Assembly: GCF_006345805.1 (NCBI RefSeq)
Contig: NC_043020.1
Location: forward strand, 29,574,001 to 29,638,000
From: Octopus sinensis
Taxonomy: Eukaryota
Direction: 5' to 3'
Length of the DNA stretch: 64,000 nt
Shown here: positions 12,656-25,708 of the stretch, one piece after another
How the letters are laid out: the number at the start of each line of letters is the position of its first letter
Numbering within the stretch: the first letter of the stretch is position 1
Position numbers and translations under genes: made by a program
The notes under the pieces: generated by a model
Databases searched by the model: none
What the model was told of the DNA's origin: nothing
The model's input: the letters and a program-made list of their open reading frames with translations, nothing else

Positions 12656-14360
12656 GCCATTCTTTTATAGTATCTAAGGGAATGAGTAATTTACAGGTCA
12701 TCTCAGCAATAGTTTGTGGGCCATTCTCTTATAGGTAAATTTTTTATAGTGTTGTTGTGGAAGGACCCGACCACCCCCATGTGACTAAAAATGGACTTAC
12801 ACATAAATTAAACAGACAACTGTCAAGTCGTCAGCATTTGATTGTGAGCAATTGGTTGGCAAGCAGTTCACTGTGAGCTGTTGGCAGAGAGTGTTTAACT
12901 TCATGTAACAGTAATAGAATTGGCAACAGGAAAGGTCCCTGGTTCAAACTCCCTCCGACCCATGCAAGCATGGAAAAGTGGATATTACAACAACGATGAC
13001 GATGTGAGTTTCACAGATTCTCTCAGCAGTTTGCAAACCAATGGAGACATAGTTTTCTTGGTTTAGTCTAAAGACAGATTGCCACTGCCGTAGTTATCAT
13101 CATCTTTGTTGGTTGTGGTGTTAGTGATGGTGGTCATGGTGTTCTTATTTAGCTTCCAATCGGCCTTGTTCAAGCAGACTTATGATGTAAAGTATTCCCG
13201 CCATGACCATCCCACCTTCCCGCTACCCCTATCCGCAACGAATACCAGGACCATGCAGTTTAACATGCCCTGTTTCGAAGACGGTAACTAAGGTGAGATC
13301 TTGAGTGAGATGGCTGCTATTTCTAGCACTTGAATACAGCCTCCCTCATTATGTTGTCTCTTATTGATAGTGGTGATTGTCATGGTGGTGGTGGTGGTGG
13401 TGGTAGTGGTGTTTGTAGGAGTGGTGATGATGGCGGTGGTGGTGGTGTTTGTAGGAGTGGTGATGATGGCGGTGGTGGTGGTAGATATATGTCAACGGTT
13501 AAGCTGCTGATGTTAGTGTTGATTGTGGTATTGGTGGTGGTGCTTGTGGTACTGAATGCATTGCTAGTAGTGGTGAGCATGTTAACAGTGGTGTCGGTTG
13601 TAGTGTTAGTAGTGGTAGTATTGGGTAGTGTATGTCATAGTGGTGGTGGTGGTTGCTTCATGGTAGTGTTGGTTGCTGTGCTAGCAGTGGTGTTTGGTGA
13701 TGGTGTTGACTGTAGACTTAGTATCGGTATTAGTATTGGTAGTGATGGTGTTGGTGGTGAGTCATTACAGAACATCAGTCGTTGTACGTGGCGTGGCTGG
13801 GTTGCCGGTTTTTCGTTTACATTTCAACTCTCGAAATGTCACCCACTCTACTTGTACCGCTGCTTTAGAGTCGATCTGGTTGGGCGAGGGAGGAGGAGCA
13901 GGAAGGGGGGGGAGAGGCGCTCTCACTTGACAATTACATAATCGGCTAATTTTTACCCCCCCCCCCCCCGCTGTTGCCATGACTACACAGACTGGCCTAC
14001 ATCAGCATCTGTTGCAGATATTTTGATATTTGAAGACAACCCCAAAAAAGAAACAGATTTAAATTTAGAGAACAAACTTACATTTCTAAAATATATCATC
14101 TTAATGGGTTTACATAGAAACTTGTTTGTTTGATGCTGTAGCAGCAGCAGCAGCAGTAGTAGTAGTTGTAGTAGCATTAGTAGTTGTAGTAATAGTTGTA
14201 GTAGTCGTATTAGTAGTTGTAGTAGTAGTCATAGTAATATAACTCTAGGTCAGTCCTGATCAAGGAGACAGGTGGTCAGTCAAGAGTTTTCCAGCTGTTA
14301 CCATCTCCTTTGTTTTCTTCCTGCCTCTGTATGATATTGCACATCTAAGGCTGCTCGTTT

Positions 14361-15105
14361 TCTTGCTCAAGCCCTTCCCTCTCCTATGGGCCTTGGGCTA
14401 TTGATGACTTTTCTCCACTGCTCTCCACTCTCAGCTGCCTTCTCTACCCGTCTCTGATTGGATCCCTGCCTTTTCGTCTCTGCCTTTCTACTCCATTTCC
14501 TTTTCAATTTCTGCTGCACCGTGTCACCTGTTTCCCTGAGAAGCAAAATAATAATAAACTTACTGCATTCAGTGCTCAGGTGCTGCACTACAACTCATCA
14601 AAAAAAGTGACCAAATCTGCACAAACAGTGCACAGCACAAGGCCTTCCTCTCCCGGGTCTTGTTGGCTTTCAATTATCACCAATACTTCTTAACATTGTT
14701 TTTTTTCTAGGTTGGGTTATTAAGGGTATTGGCCCTTAATGGCCCTTCAGGCAGTGAGCTGGCAGAATTGTTGGCACACTGGGCGAAATGCTTAGTGGTA
14801 TTTCGTCTGCGGCTATGTTGCGAGTTCAAATTCCGCCGAGGTCGACTTTGCCTTTCATCCTCTCGGGGTCGATTAAATAAGTACCAGTTACGCACTGGGG
14901 TCGATATAATTGACTTAATCCATTTGTCTGTCCTTGTTTGTCCTCTCTGTGTTTAGTCCCTTGTGGGTAATAAAGAAATAGGTATTGGCCCTCTGCAAAC
15001 CCATTTTCACCTCTGGGAAGAGGTGGTCCATGTTAACCTGGCCGCTGTCCTTTGATCTGTCCAGCATGGGAGGCTCAACCAGGAGCTTGTGTTCCACAGG
15101 CTTGG
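14361..15105 (-). mobile_element. Internally deleted RTE derivative, copy 2, interrupted by a SINE
   Basis: The RTE 3' end KRQGSNQRRVEKAAESGEQWRKVINSPRPIGEGRA* and the same 5' segment (gaggtggtccatgtt...cctttgatctgtccagcatgg) are shared with 4537-4973. Confidence 0.6.
14750..14980 (+). mobile_element. SINE family B, full length, with TSD
   Basis: Runs ggcagtgagctggcag...taataaagaaata, with the 12-bp duplication ggtattggccct at 14725-14736 and 14981-14992. Confidence 0.9.
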
Positions 15106-15924
15106 CTCCCGGTGCCCACTGAGACACAGAAGCCACTGTACTGCAACAAGAACTGGGTCTTGTGACAGATATCTAGAATTACATAATCTCAAGTAGCAAC
15201 ATCATTCTTCTTTCATGATGGCAAAGTGTCGCTTGAGGGAGATTCAGCTGCTGTTTCTAGAAAACCAAGAGACTGTAAAGAAGCTTCTTCTTTGACTTAA
15301 ATAGTTGTTGTTGTTGTTGGCTCTCTGTCAGTTCTCATTGTGACAGTTTCATTTCTTAATCAGGCATAACACATCTAGGTTTACATTATCAAATGTACCT
15401 TTAATGTAATTAACTAAACCCTAGAAATGTGTGTCCCAGCGGGGTCAGTAACTGGATCCCTTAAAAGAAAGACTGCCATCTGTGACTTTATTCATAACCC
15501 GGGTGAGAGTGTGTGTGTGTTTGTGTGTGTGAACATTTGTGTTTGTGTATGTACCTATGTATGTGTATACATGTATGTGTCTGTGCATGCACGCATCCAC
15601 AAGTGCATGCGTGCATCTATGTATGTGAATGCATATCTGTATGTGTATTTGTATATGATTGTGTGTGCATGTTAGCATCTGTGTGTAAGTTTACATATAT
15701 ACCTGAGTGTGTATATGTCAGTGTTTTGCATGTTGCTGTGTATGTATGTGTGTGCATGTGCATTGCAGTGTGTGTGTGTGTATGTCTGCCCCCCATGTGG
15801 TTTTCAATTGATGAGATGATGACACCAGAAATTTGCTGCCTCTTAATTGCTGCAGACACAAATTTGATGAACTCTAGAAGTGAAATTGCAGATGGATCAA
15901 GTTACTATTCCACCAGGGTAGCAG

Positions 15925-16007
15925 AAACCCTAGCAAACCTCTTGAAACCCTAGCAGACCTCTTGAAACCCTAGCAGACCTCCTGAAGCCCTAGTAAACCT
16001 CTTGAAA
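15925..16007. repeat. 20-bp tandem repeat, about 4 copies
   Basis: Unit aaaccctagcagacctcttg. Confidence 0.85.
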
Positions 16008-16349
16008 GATATCCAGGTGAACAGCAAACAGAAACAGTCCCACAGTCAAACGGGTCCCTCACACACACACCCAAAAGCCAGTCAAACGACAACAACAACA
16101 TCTGCTTACTTACTCCCATCCACCAAACTCCTTTTGAGACCCCTAAAAAAATTTCTTTTGCTTATTTGTTTGCCATAAGGTTGCTGCCATGTTGGGCCAT
16201 CGTCATGAAGGGTTTACTTAAATCTAACAATTTTGCAGTGTGTCTGTCTGTGTGTCTCTGCATGATACGGAATGAATCTTATATTCATTCCGTTCCACTG
16301 GAATTTACTGGTGAGACACATGGTCAAAATGGTTGAAATGTCCATTATT

Positions 16350-16720
16350 TCTCCATTTCCTTTATCTTTTAGACTGTGGCCATGCTGGGGCACCACCATG
16401 AAGAATTTTTAGTCAAATGAACTGCACCCCAGTACTTTTTTTTTTTTGTAAGTCCGGTACTTATTCTATTGGCCTCTTTTGCTGAACTGCTAAGTTATGG
16501 GGACAGAAACACACCAACACCGGTTGTCAAACGGTAATGGGACATGCACACAAACACACAGTGGTCTTCATTCAGTTTCCATCTACGAAATCCACTCACA
16601 AGGCTTTTGTCAGCCTGTGGGTATAGTACAAGGCACTTGCCCAAGGTGTCATGCAGTGGGACTGAACCCGGAACCATGTGGTTGAGAAGCAAGCTTCTTA
16701 CTACACAACCACACCCGTGC
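16350..16720 (-). mobile_element. SINE family A copy
   Basis: Reverse complement of the family A head and tail. Confidence 0.8.
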
Positions 16721-18001
16721 CTATTAATGAATTTTTTTTCTACAGATTATATTTCAGATTATATCATTTATATCAAATTATATTTTATAAGCCTTCATTT
16801 TCTGTTTTTCTCACAATTATTTCATGGAGGGCAGAGCTCCAATGATAAAGGGTTTTCTTGAAGAACTGGAGTTTACAATTTGAGATTCACAATTGTCAGT
16901 GGATAGTTTTTAATATACTATGCGAGTCACTGGTGAGTCACCAGTGACTCCCATGATAAGCAAAGTGTTAACCCTAGGTCAATCCCGATCCAGCTGACCT
17001 ATGATCAAAATTGTTTTGACCAAGGCTATCCCAGCTTTACGGACGTAGTCTACCTGTCTTAAGATGGCAGAATATATGATTTGAAGGACATATGCTACAG
17101 CCCAGATCAAAGGTGGTCCAGCCATGGCAATCCTGTCTTTCCAGATAGAATAATAAATGTAAATTTCTATCCTCTTTTATGAAGTTTCTTTCCCAACCAC
17201 ATGATTCAGGTTCAATCCCACTGCACACCACCTTGGGCAAGTGTCTTCTGCTATAACCCCAGGCCAAACAAAGCCTTGTGAGTGGATTTGGTAGATGGAA
17301 ACTGTGTGAAAGCCTGCCCTGTGGATTGCTCCTGTAATTCAAGAATGCAGTCAAATGTTGTATCATGCTGATTGTCTCTGAGAGTTCTATTAAAGATGCA
17401 TGGGTAGAGGAGTCTGTGGAATACACAGCCATATACATTCTAGTCCAATGAATCAGCAGTTCTGTTGATTGAACAGTTGGAATTAATCATTGTTGGAACC
17501 GACAGAGAATCCATTTATTTATGTACGCATGATTGCTTCACATGAATGCACACACACACACACACTTAGATAATGGGTACACACACAAACACACACACAC
17601 ACACTTAGATAATAGGTACACACACACACACACACAAACACACTTAGATAATGGGTACACACACCCACACAAATATACACCTCATTCTCCACACACAACA
17701 CACACACCACATGCAAGCACACACATTACATATACTCATTACATATACTCATTACATATACCCATACATAGATGCATGCACACATACACACACACACACA
17801 CCACACACACACACACACACACATTCTCGATCACTCTCATGAATGAATCATGTACACCCACACACACACACCCACACCACCCTCATGTCAACCCATATCT
17901 CTTCTCTCCAGCAACTATTTCTTTCTCTCTCTCATTCCTTAACTTGTTTCTCATTAAATCTTCATTCTTCACTCCCATCTAACCTTATTCCATCCGCAGC
18001 T

Positions 18002-18033
<32 letters not shown>

Positions 18034-18944
18034 CCTCTCTCTGTCTGTCTATCTCTCTCTGTTTTCCCCCTCCCCCCTCTCTCCCCTCCATTTCTCTTAA
18101 CAGAATCATTCCCATGAAGAGTCACATGACACCTCAAATCTCCATGTGACATAATCTTTACATCTTTATCTTTTAATCGTTTGCTTGTTTCAATCGTTGA
18201 ACTGTGGCCATGCTGGGGCACAGCCTTGAAGGGTTTAGTTGAACAGATCAACCCCAGAACCATTTTTTTTTTAAGGCTAATACTTATCCTAGCAGTTTTC
18301 TTTTGCCAAACTGCGAAGCCGTGGGAACATAAACAAACAAACACTGGTTGTCAAGTTTTAGTGACGAGGGGGGAGAGAGGTGCAGAGACACACAAGTGCA
18401 TATATTTTATTTTGTTTCTGGACTGCGACCATGCTGGGGCACCACCTTGCTGACTTATTAATTGAACAACTCTGTTCTTTTTTAAAATTCTTGTATTTAT
18501 TCTATTGTCTCTCTTACCAAAACAAGTTACGTGGACGTAAACAAACTAACACTGGTTGTGTACTAGTGATGTGACAGATGCAAGGGGACACACATACACA
18601 CACACGCATTTTTTTTCTTTTACTTGTTTCACTCATTGGACTGTGCCCATGCTGGAGCCACTCCCTTGATGTGTTTATTTGAACGCCTTGACCCCATTGC
18701 ATATCTTTATAAGGCTGGTACATATTCTATCAGGCTCTTCTGTCAAACTGCTAAGTTACAGGAACATAAACAAACCAACACCAGACATCAACAAGTGGAG
18801 GAGAAAACGCACACACAATGGGCTACTGTACAGTTTCTGTCTACCAAATCCACTCGCAGGGCATTGGTCGGCCTAGAAGAGACTTGCCCAAGGTTCCATA
18901 CAGTGGGACTGAACCCAAGACCGCTTGGTTGGGAAGCAAGCCTC

Positions 18945-19374
18945 TTGACCACCTGACTGGCTCCCCTGCTGGTGGCATGCAATAAGCACTATTCCTGTGT
19001 GGGTCGTTGCCAGTGCCACCTGACTGGCTCCCTGTGCCAGTGGTACGTAAAACGCACCATCTGACCATGGTCGATGCCAGCACCCCCACTCCCTGCCCCA
19101 AACTGGCTCCTGTACTGGTGGCATGTAGAAAGCACCGTCCGAACATGGTCAATGCCAGTGCTGCCTGACTGGCTCCTGTGCCCGTGGCACGTAAAAGGCA
19201 CCCACTACACTCATGGAGTGGTTGGTGTTGGGAAGAGTATCCAGCTGTAGAAACACTGCCAGATCAGACTGGAGCCTGGTGCAGCCTCCTTGCTTCCCAG
19301 ACCCCAGTTGAACCGTCCAACCCATGCCAGCATGGAAAGCAGACGTTAAACGATGATGATGATGATGATGATGA
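18945..19374 (+). mobile_element. RTE-type 3' UTR copy with tandemly expanded hairpin modules
   Basis: About 4 modules of gccagtgc..ctgactggctcc.gtgcc.gtggcacgtaaaa.gcacc, followed by ggagtggttgg...ccaacccatgccagcatggaaagcagacgttaaacgatgatga. Confidence 0.75.
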
Positions 19375-20077
19375 TACACTCTCTATTTATTCATGTTATA
19401 AGCAGCAAATAATATTTAACATTTTTATTATTATTATAAAGTAACTTATAACCAACGGAGGGAGCTAATGCACTTTTCGTTTCTTTTTTCTTTTCCTTTC
19501 TTTTTGTTTCTTATCTCCTCTGCCCTTCTTATTCTGTGGGAAAATCTTTTCGAGGTCATCCTTTTTCTTAAAATGATATTCATGTCACACTGTCGCTGGC
19601 ATAGATGTCTTCTATTTTTAGAAACACTGAAATTATGAGAGAAAGTATTATTCGAGAGATGGGAAATGTAGGTTATTTATGATTACAAGATGTCACAATA
19701 ATTTCTATATTGCTCTGCTTAAATGATAACGAGTGTCTTTGTATGACTAAGTATGTGTGTGTGTGTGTGTGTGCATTTATTTTGATATTCTTAAAATGTA
19801 AATTTAAGGCAAAGCATCATAAATCTGTCCTATGTACGTCGTTAGGATTACAAGATTTTTACTAATTTGCACAAATGTGCAAAATGCTTTCTTATATAGG
19901 CACAAGGCCATCAGGGGTGGGGGGTAGGGAGGGGTGGAGAGGGGCAAGAGTATAATCAATTATATCAACCCCCCATTATCTGACTGGTACCTTTTTTTTT
20001 TATTGCCTATTCCCTCACCACCACCACCCAAGGAGGAAAGGTAAAGTCAACTTCGGCAGGATTTGAACTCTTAACTA

Positions 20078-20520
20078 TGTGGTAAGAAGCTTGCTTCCCA
20101 ACCACATGGTTCTGGGATCAGTCCCACTGCATGGCACCTTGGGCAAGTATCTTCTATAGCCTCGGGTTGACCAAAGCCTTGTGAACAGATTTGGTAGAAG
20201 GAAACTAAAAGAAACCTGTCGTATATATTAGGTATACATATAGTCTTGGGCCGACTAAAGCCTTGTGAGTGGATTTGGTAGATGGAAACTGAAAGAAGCC
20301 TGTCGTACATGTACATGTGTATGTTTGTCCACCACTACTTGAGAACTAGTGTTAGTGTGTTTACATCCCTGTGACTTAGTGGTTCAGCCAAAGAGATTGA
20401 TCGAATAAGTTCTAGGTTTTAAAAAGAAGTACAATAAGTACCGGGATCAATTTATGCGACAAATCCTTCAGGGCATTGCCCCAGAATGGCCACACTCTAA
20501 TGACTGAAATGAGCAAAAAA
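20078..20520 (+). mobile_element. SINE family A copy with internal duplication
   Basis: The segment aaagccttgtga...gatttggtaga.ggaaact.aaagaa.cctgtcgta occurs twice (about 20172-20224 and 20257-20308). Confidence 0.75.
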
Positions 20521-20677
20521 AACTAAAAAGAAAAAAAAAAGGTATGTGGCTGAAACTTATAAATACCCGACAAATATTGATGCTACCCCAAGGGCCAGTT
20601 TTTGTCACAATGTGGTAGCTTGGGTGCCTCAATGACTGAGAATTGTGCTAGCATAGTTCAAGCCATGTCTGGTAAGT

Positions 20678-21040
20678 TCATCATCATTTAGCATCTGTTG
20701 TCCATGCTGGCGTGGGTTGGACGGTTTGACTGGGCTGGCACACTGAAAGGCTGCGCTAGGATCCAGTCTGATTTGGTATGGTTTCTACAGCTGGATGCCC
20801 TTCCTAATGCCAAGTGTGTAATGGGTGCTTTTACGTGCCACCGGCATGGGTGCCATTTTCATGACACCAGTATCTGCCACGACTGCGATTTTACTTGGCT
20901 TGATGGGTCTTCTTCTGAAGCATGACATAATGCCAAAGGTCTTGGTCATTGCCTCCATGAGGCCCAACACTCAAAAGGTGCTCTGCCACTTTGCCTCCAC
21001 TAGGCCCAACACTTGAAAGGAACTCAGCCATCTCACCTCC
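20678..21040 (-). mobile_element. 5'-truncated RTE-type LINE copy
   Basis: Same organisation as 134-478, with short internal duplications of aggcccaacac. Confidence 0.7.
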
Positions 21041-22414
21041 ACGAGAATCCCATCATCATCAATTCACTGCAGAGAAAGTTCACCATACAAATTATTTCTA
21101 TGCAGTAACCCCTTGCCATATCGCAGTTTATTATTTAAGCTTATGTCATTCCTCTGTGGTGTTGTTTTGCATTTGTAATAAAATAAATATATACAATATA
21201 AAATGGAAATTGTAATTGTGGCTGATGCCAGTGCCACCTGACTGTCTCCCATGCTGGTGGCACGCAATAAGCACTATTCATGTGTGGGTTGTTGCCAGTG
21301 CCGCCTGACTGGCTACCAGTGCCAGTGGCACATAAAAGGCACCATCTGCATGTGCTTTGACCTTCAATACCTGCCAGTCTCTGACATCGACAACAGGGAG
21401 TCTTTTTCTTACTGTTTATACAACGATGTTATCAAGTTCATTTAAATGGCAGCTTCACTGTTCTCTCTGTTACATCAACAGCCATCATTGTATGCCATTC
21501 TACCCCTGTTTCTCCCCATCAAGAGTCCAGCACATCTGTCAGTCTCACCCTGGATATATATGTTCAATTAGTTAAGCTTCAATATATCCTTTGCCTCGAC
21601 CAGTTTCCTTTCCTCTGCGGGAGTCCAGCACATCTGTCCGTTTCCCTCCAGTTAGCCCCCACAGTCCTCCTCACTCTGCTGGAGTCAGGTGCATCTGTCA
21701 AACTTAATTATTTGCTTGTTGTTCTTTTTTTTTCTCTCTTTTGATAACAGATTCAATATGATTAGTCAGTTCATGCAGCTTCTTTCTTCCTACCAAACCA
21801 TGAACCTGTTTGGCTCAAAGAAAACCGAAGGCTGTGGTATCTTTCAGATTATTGTTTCATTTAACCACAATTTCTCACTAAAACCACTTATACAGTGTAA
21901 CAAAAGCAAAAATCAAAAAGAAAGAAATAGTCCAAGGGATTTACTAGTTGTCAACTTTGGCTAAAATTATAGAGGGAAGATAATGTTCATGTAAGTTTGG
22001 AAACCGTGACAAATGGTGGGGTCTGCCATATCAGGATTGTCTTTTTGTCAGAAAAAGAAAAAATAGCTTTTAGTGAGATTTTTTCCAGTTGAATTTTTTA
22101 TTCTCTCTCCGTCAAAAGGACAAACTCTAAATGGTTGGTTTCTCTTCAATCTACAGCATTCAGACTTTTCCAAATTCTTGAACGATTTATAGAGTGTGAA
22201 ATGGAATGACCAAACTACCCCTCTGTTTGGCACTTTATTTTATCAAACACAGAAGAATGAAAGGAAAAGTTTAATTTCTGAAGAATTAAGCTTATAAATG
22301 AGCCAGAACAAATACCACAAGGCATTTTTTTCTAACACTAACAATTCTGTCTATTCACCACCATAATAATGATAATGATGATGATAATAACGATGATGAT
22401 GATGATAATAATAA

Positions 22415-22628
22415 TCCTTTCTACTGGAGGCAGAAGGCCTCAGATTTGTTGGTAGGGGACTGGTTGATTATATTAACTCCAGTGTTTCACTGGTACTTAA
22501 TTTATCAACTCCGAAAGGATGAAAGGCAAAGTCAACCTTGGCGAAATTTGAACTCAGGATGCAGTGACAGGCGAAATACTGCTAAGCATTTCTCCCAGCT
22601 CGCTAATGATTCTGCCAGCTCACTGCCT
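22415..22628 (-). mobile_element. SINE family B-related copy
   Basis: tRNA-like head (ggcagtgagctggcagaatc on the minus strand) and ccgaaaggatgaaaggcaaagtc domain, embedded in (AAT)n. Confidence 0.75.
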
Positions 22629-23545
22629 TAATAATAATAATAATAATAATCACTCTGACATTTGTAGACAATGTTCTCAGTTATACAAAACTCTGTTCAT
22701 TAAGCAAACAATTGACAAAGCCTTTTTATCCAAATGACCTTTATACACTAGCAGTGTGTGTGTGTATTCGCATATAGTTAAAAGTACAAGTGTGCACCTT
22801 TTCAGCTGACTACAATTAAAGATATTTTTGTACACTTGAAAGAAGAAAAGTTAATAAATATTTCAAATTGACTGTCAGAAAAACTTCAAAATAGTTTATG
22901 AGCCTTTGAGGGATGATGAACAGAATATTTTGGGGTCTCAGAAAAGAGTGCTTAGGGGTATTTGCTGTGTATCTTTCCATTCTTGTGTTGAGGTCTCACT
23001 TTGTTCAACTTTATCTTTCGTCTTTCTAGGGTCGATAAAATAAAGTACCAGTTAGATACTACGGTCGATAGTAATGAATAACACCATTCCTTAAAAGTTG
23101 CTGGTTTCTGTTTCAAAATTAAAAACAATTATTAATGTGCTAAGATGACATATAAATCTCAAGACGATATAGAATATGGAAAAATGTTGAAGAAATATTT
23201 CAGTTAATTACAGGCAATTAACTCCTTGGCAACGATTAAAAAAACCTTTATTTTCAGGAGGTAAAACAACCCCAACTCTTTTAATTTGAAAGGGAGGTAA
23301 CTAAAAAGAGCTTAGCGTTGATGATCAAGGGACATAACTTTCCCCTTAATTTTATAAATTTTTTCCTTGGCAATTATTGTACCTGTTTGGCACATGGACT
23401 TCACCTGAGATCGTGTGTTGGAGTTGTGAGACATCGTGTTGGAGTCATAAGTATTCAAAAGACGCACGAACCAATATATTCGCTGTTGTATTCAGTATCA
23501 AGTGTGTTTAGTATCAAACTCTAATATCAATCAATCTGTATGTAT

Positions 23546-23619
<74 letters not shown>

Positions 23620-23688
23620 GGAGTAAGCACATAAATGTGAAAGAAGGTGGAAAAAAGAGTACTCAAATACCAGAGGTAGAGTAATATG

Positions 23689-23764
23689 CTTTATTTAAAA
23701 GCAGCAGAAATATAACAAAAACTGAGTAACAGCTTTTGTTATATTTCTGCTGCTTTTAAATAAA

Positions 23765-23765
<1 letters not shown>
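23689..23765. repeat. Perfect 32-bp inverted repeat with 13-nt spacer
   Basis: ctttatttaaaagcagcagaaatataacaaaa (23689-23720) has its exact reverse complement at 23734-23765. Confidence 0.95.
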
Positions 23766-23805
<40 letters not shown>

Positions 23806-23845
23806 AAATATATAGCAGCTTGTGACTTTTGTAGTGCACAAATGT

Positions 23846-23878
<33 letters not shown>

Positions 23879-25624
23879 CATGTATGGATGGTCTGAATCA
23901 GATTTGGCTACTCTTTTTACATGGAAAGGTAGCCTTATAGAGGGCCATCTAATTGGTTCGTTATATCTATAATTGACAGAGGCAATCGAGAGCTAACCAG
24001 TCGTATTTCTTTATTACTAAATGTTTATGAAATATTAATGTTTATTTCATATCACCTAAAGTAAGTTTGCCTTTTCTATGCTTCTGTTCTTGATAGTATA
24101 AATAGCAGTAATTCACTGGTGTCCAATTAAAACTCCATTAATCATGTGTGCTAACCAAAAAATCTTGTCATTCTCTCTTCCCACTATGCTGCTTAGCTTT
24201 TAGTGTACTCCACTCACTTAGTGGGTCCTTGACCCTTGTATCTACACAAAGAGAAATCTATTGAATTGAACATACTAAATATTTCCTGTAAAATGCAGTC
24301 CCGAAACCGACTGGACTGGCAGGATTTGAACTTGGTCATTAATCAACAAAATTAATTATTTCTCACTGCATTACCATCTGTGCCATCTTTACAAATCTGA
24401 TGATAATATCACAAAGATAAAATTAAGATAATCCCAATTCCCCAAAATTATTTTGAAAAAAATTTTGGGTGGTGGGGTTAGTTGCATAATTATATCTTGT
24501 TTTGGGTGGGTCATTCTGCCTATAACTATACACACACGCTGGTTCAATACCATTTCTTTATTGTTAGTCAATTGGTTAAATAATCTAACCAACTAGCTAA
24601 CAATAAAGAAGTGATATCAAACCAGTGCATGTGTTTATTATAATTGGCTTGATGACCCTCCCAAGAGACAACAAAATTTGTTTCAACACCCGAATTCCCA
24701 TCAAGAATCTTGCAAATGTATATATTTTATTATTTAAGTTTGCATCCTTTCAAAACAAAGATTGAAATTAGAACAGTTTCATATTATATATTTAAGAGGA
24801 TTAATAAAGTTTGTTGAATAGTTCTCATTAGTCATGTTCATACGGCATCCTGTAAGAATCCAAATCGATTCTATGTTTCCCCATCGCAATATTGTAAGCG
24901 ATTTTATAAGTAGCAATAAGCCATTTCACATATACTTTATGGTAGAAACATCCAAAATATCTGTTTGTCTTCGTTTCTCATATAAAGTTCCCAGCTGAAT
25001 TATCTCCCTTCCAACACCAACAGACAAAAACCACGTTTCTAGGGATTCTCTGGTCCGTAAATTCATTTCTTCGAAGTCTTTTTCTAATCCTTTGATTTCC
25101 GTTATCAACATTTTGCTACAGAATTAATTTAAGGAGGAAAAAAAACCCCGATATTTTCTGATTTCTCAAAATGTAAAATGTTATTCTTATAAACCATTAT
25201 CTTCAGTAATTAAAGGGATATTTTTAAAAAGATAATGAAATAAATTTTAAGCAACACTTAACATTAAACATCAACAAAATTTCCAATAATTCAACAAAGG
25301 GTGCTTCTATGTGGTCGTTTGATCTGCTAGAAAAAGCAGCTAAATCATCCCCAAATCACAGTCTCCTTTCTTCATTATTAGGTGTTTTATTCTGAGATAT
25401 GCACACATTATAGCAGAAAAGTTTCATATCAGAAACCATTATTTCTAAAAATATTTCTAGTTTAAATCCAATTTGATGCTCACTATAATATATCGAGGGC
25501 TGTGGTGGGTGATGGTCATTTGGGATCAAACTGACTGAAAGAGCAAAAATGGGAACAGAAAGAAAGAAAAAAATGTTTGATATTCTGCAAAAATTGTTAT
25601 TTCAAAAATGTGTATTTATTTCAA

Positions 25625-25708
25625 TATTTTCTTATATTTCTAGGTAAGTGAACCATTGCTATCGTGTCTACTGTTGTTTACCTGTAATTTAAGTATTTCA
25701 AGGTAAGA
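25625..25708 (+). other. Candidate recursive splice site (AG|GTAAGT) and 59-nt RS-exon
   Basis: The pyrimidine tract ttttcttatatttctag is immediately followed by gtaagt (25644). A second donor caag|gtaaga lies at 25702/25703. Confidence 0.45.

Noticed and set aside
13330-13941. 203-aa Gly/Val-rich ORF with apparent transmembrane segments
   Set aside because: It derives from (GGT/GTA)n low-complexity sequence, has a non-ATG start and shows no splice signals or domain.
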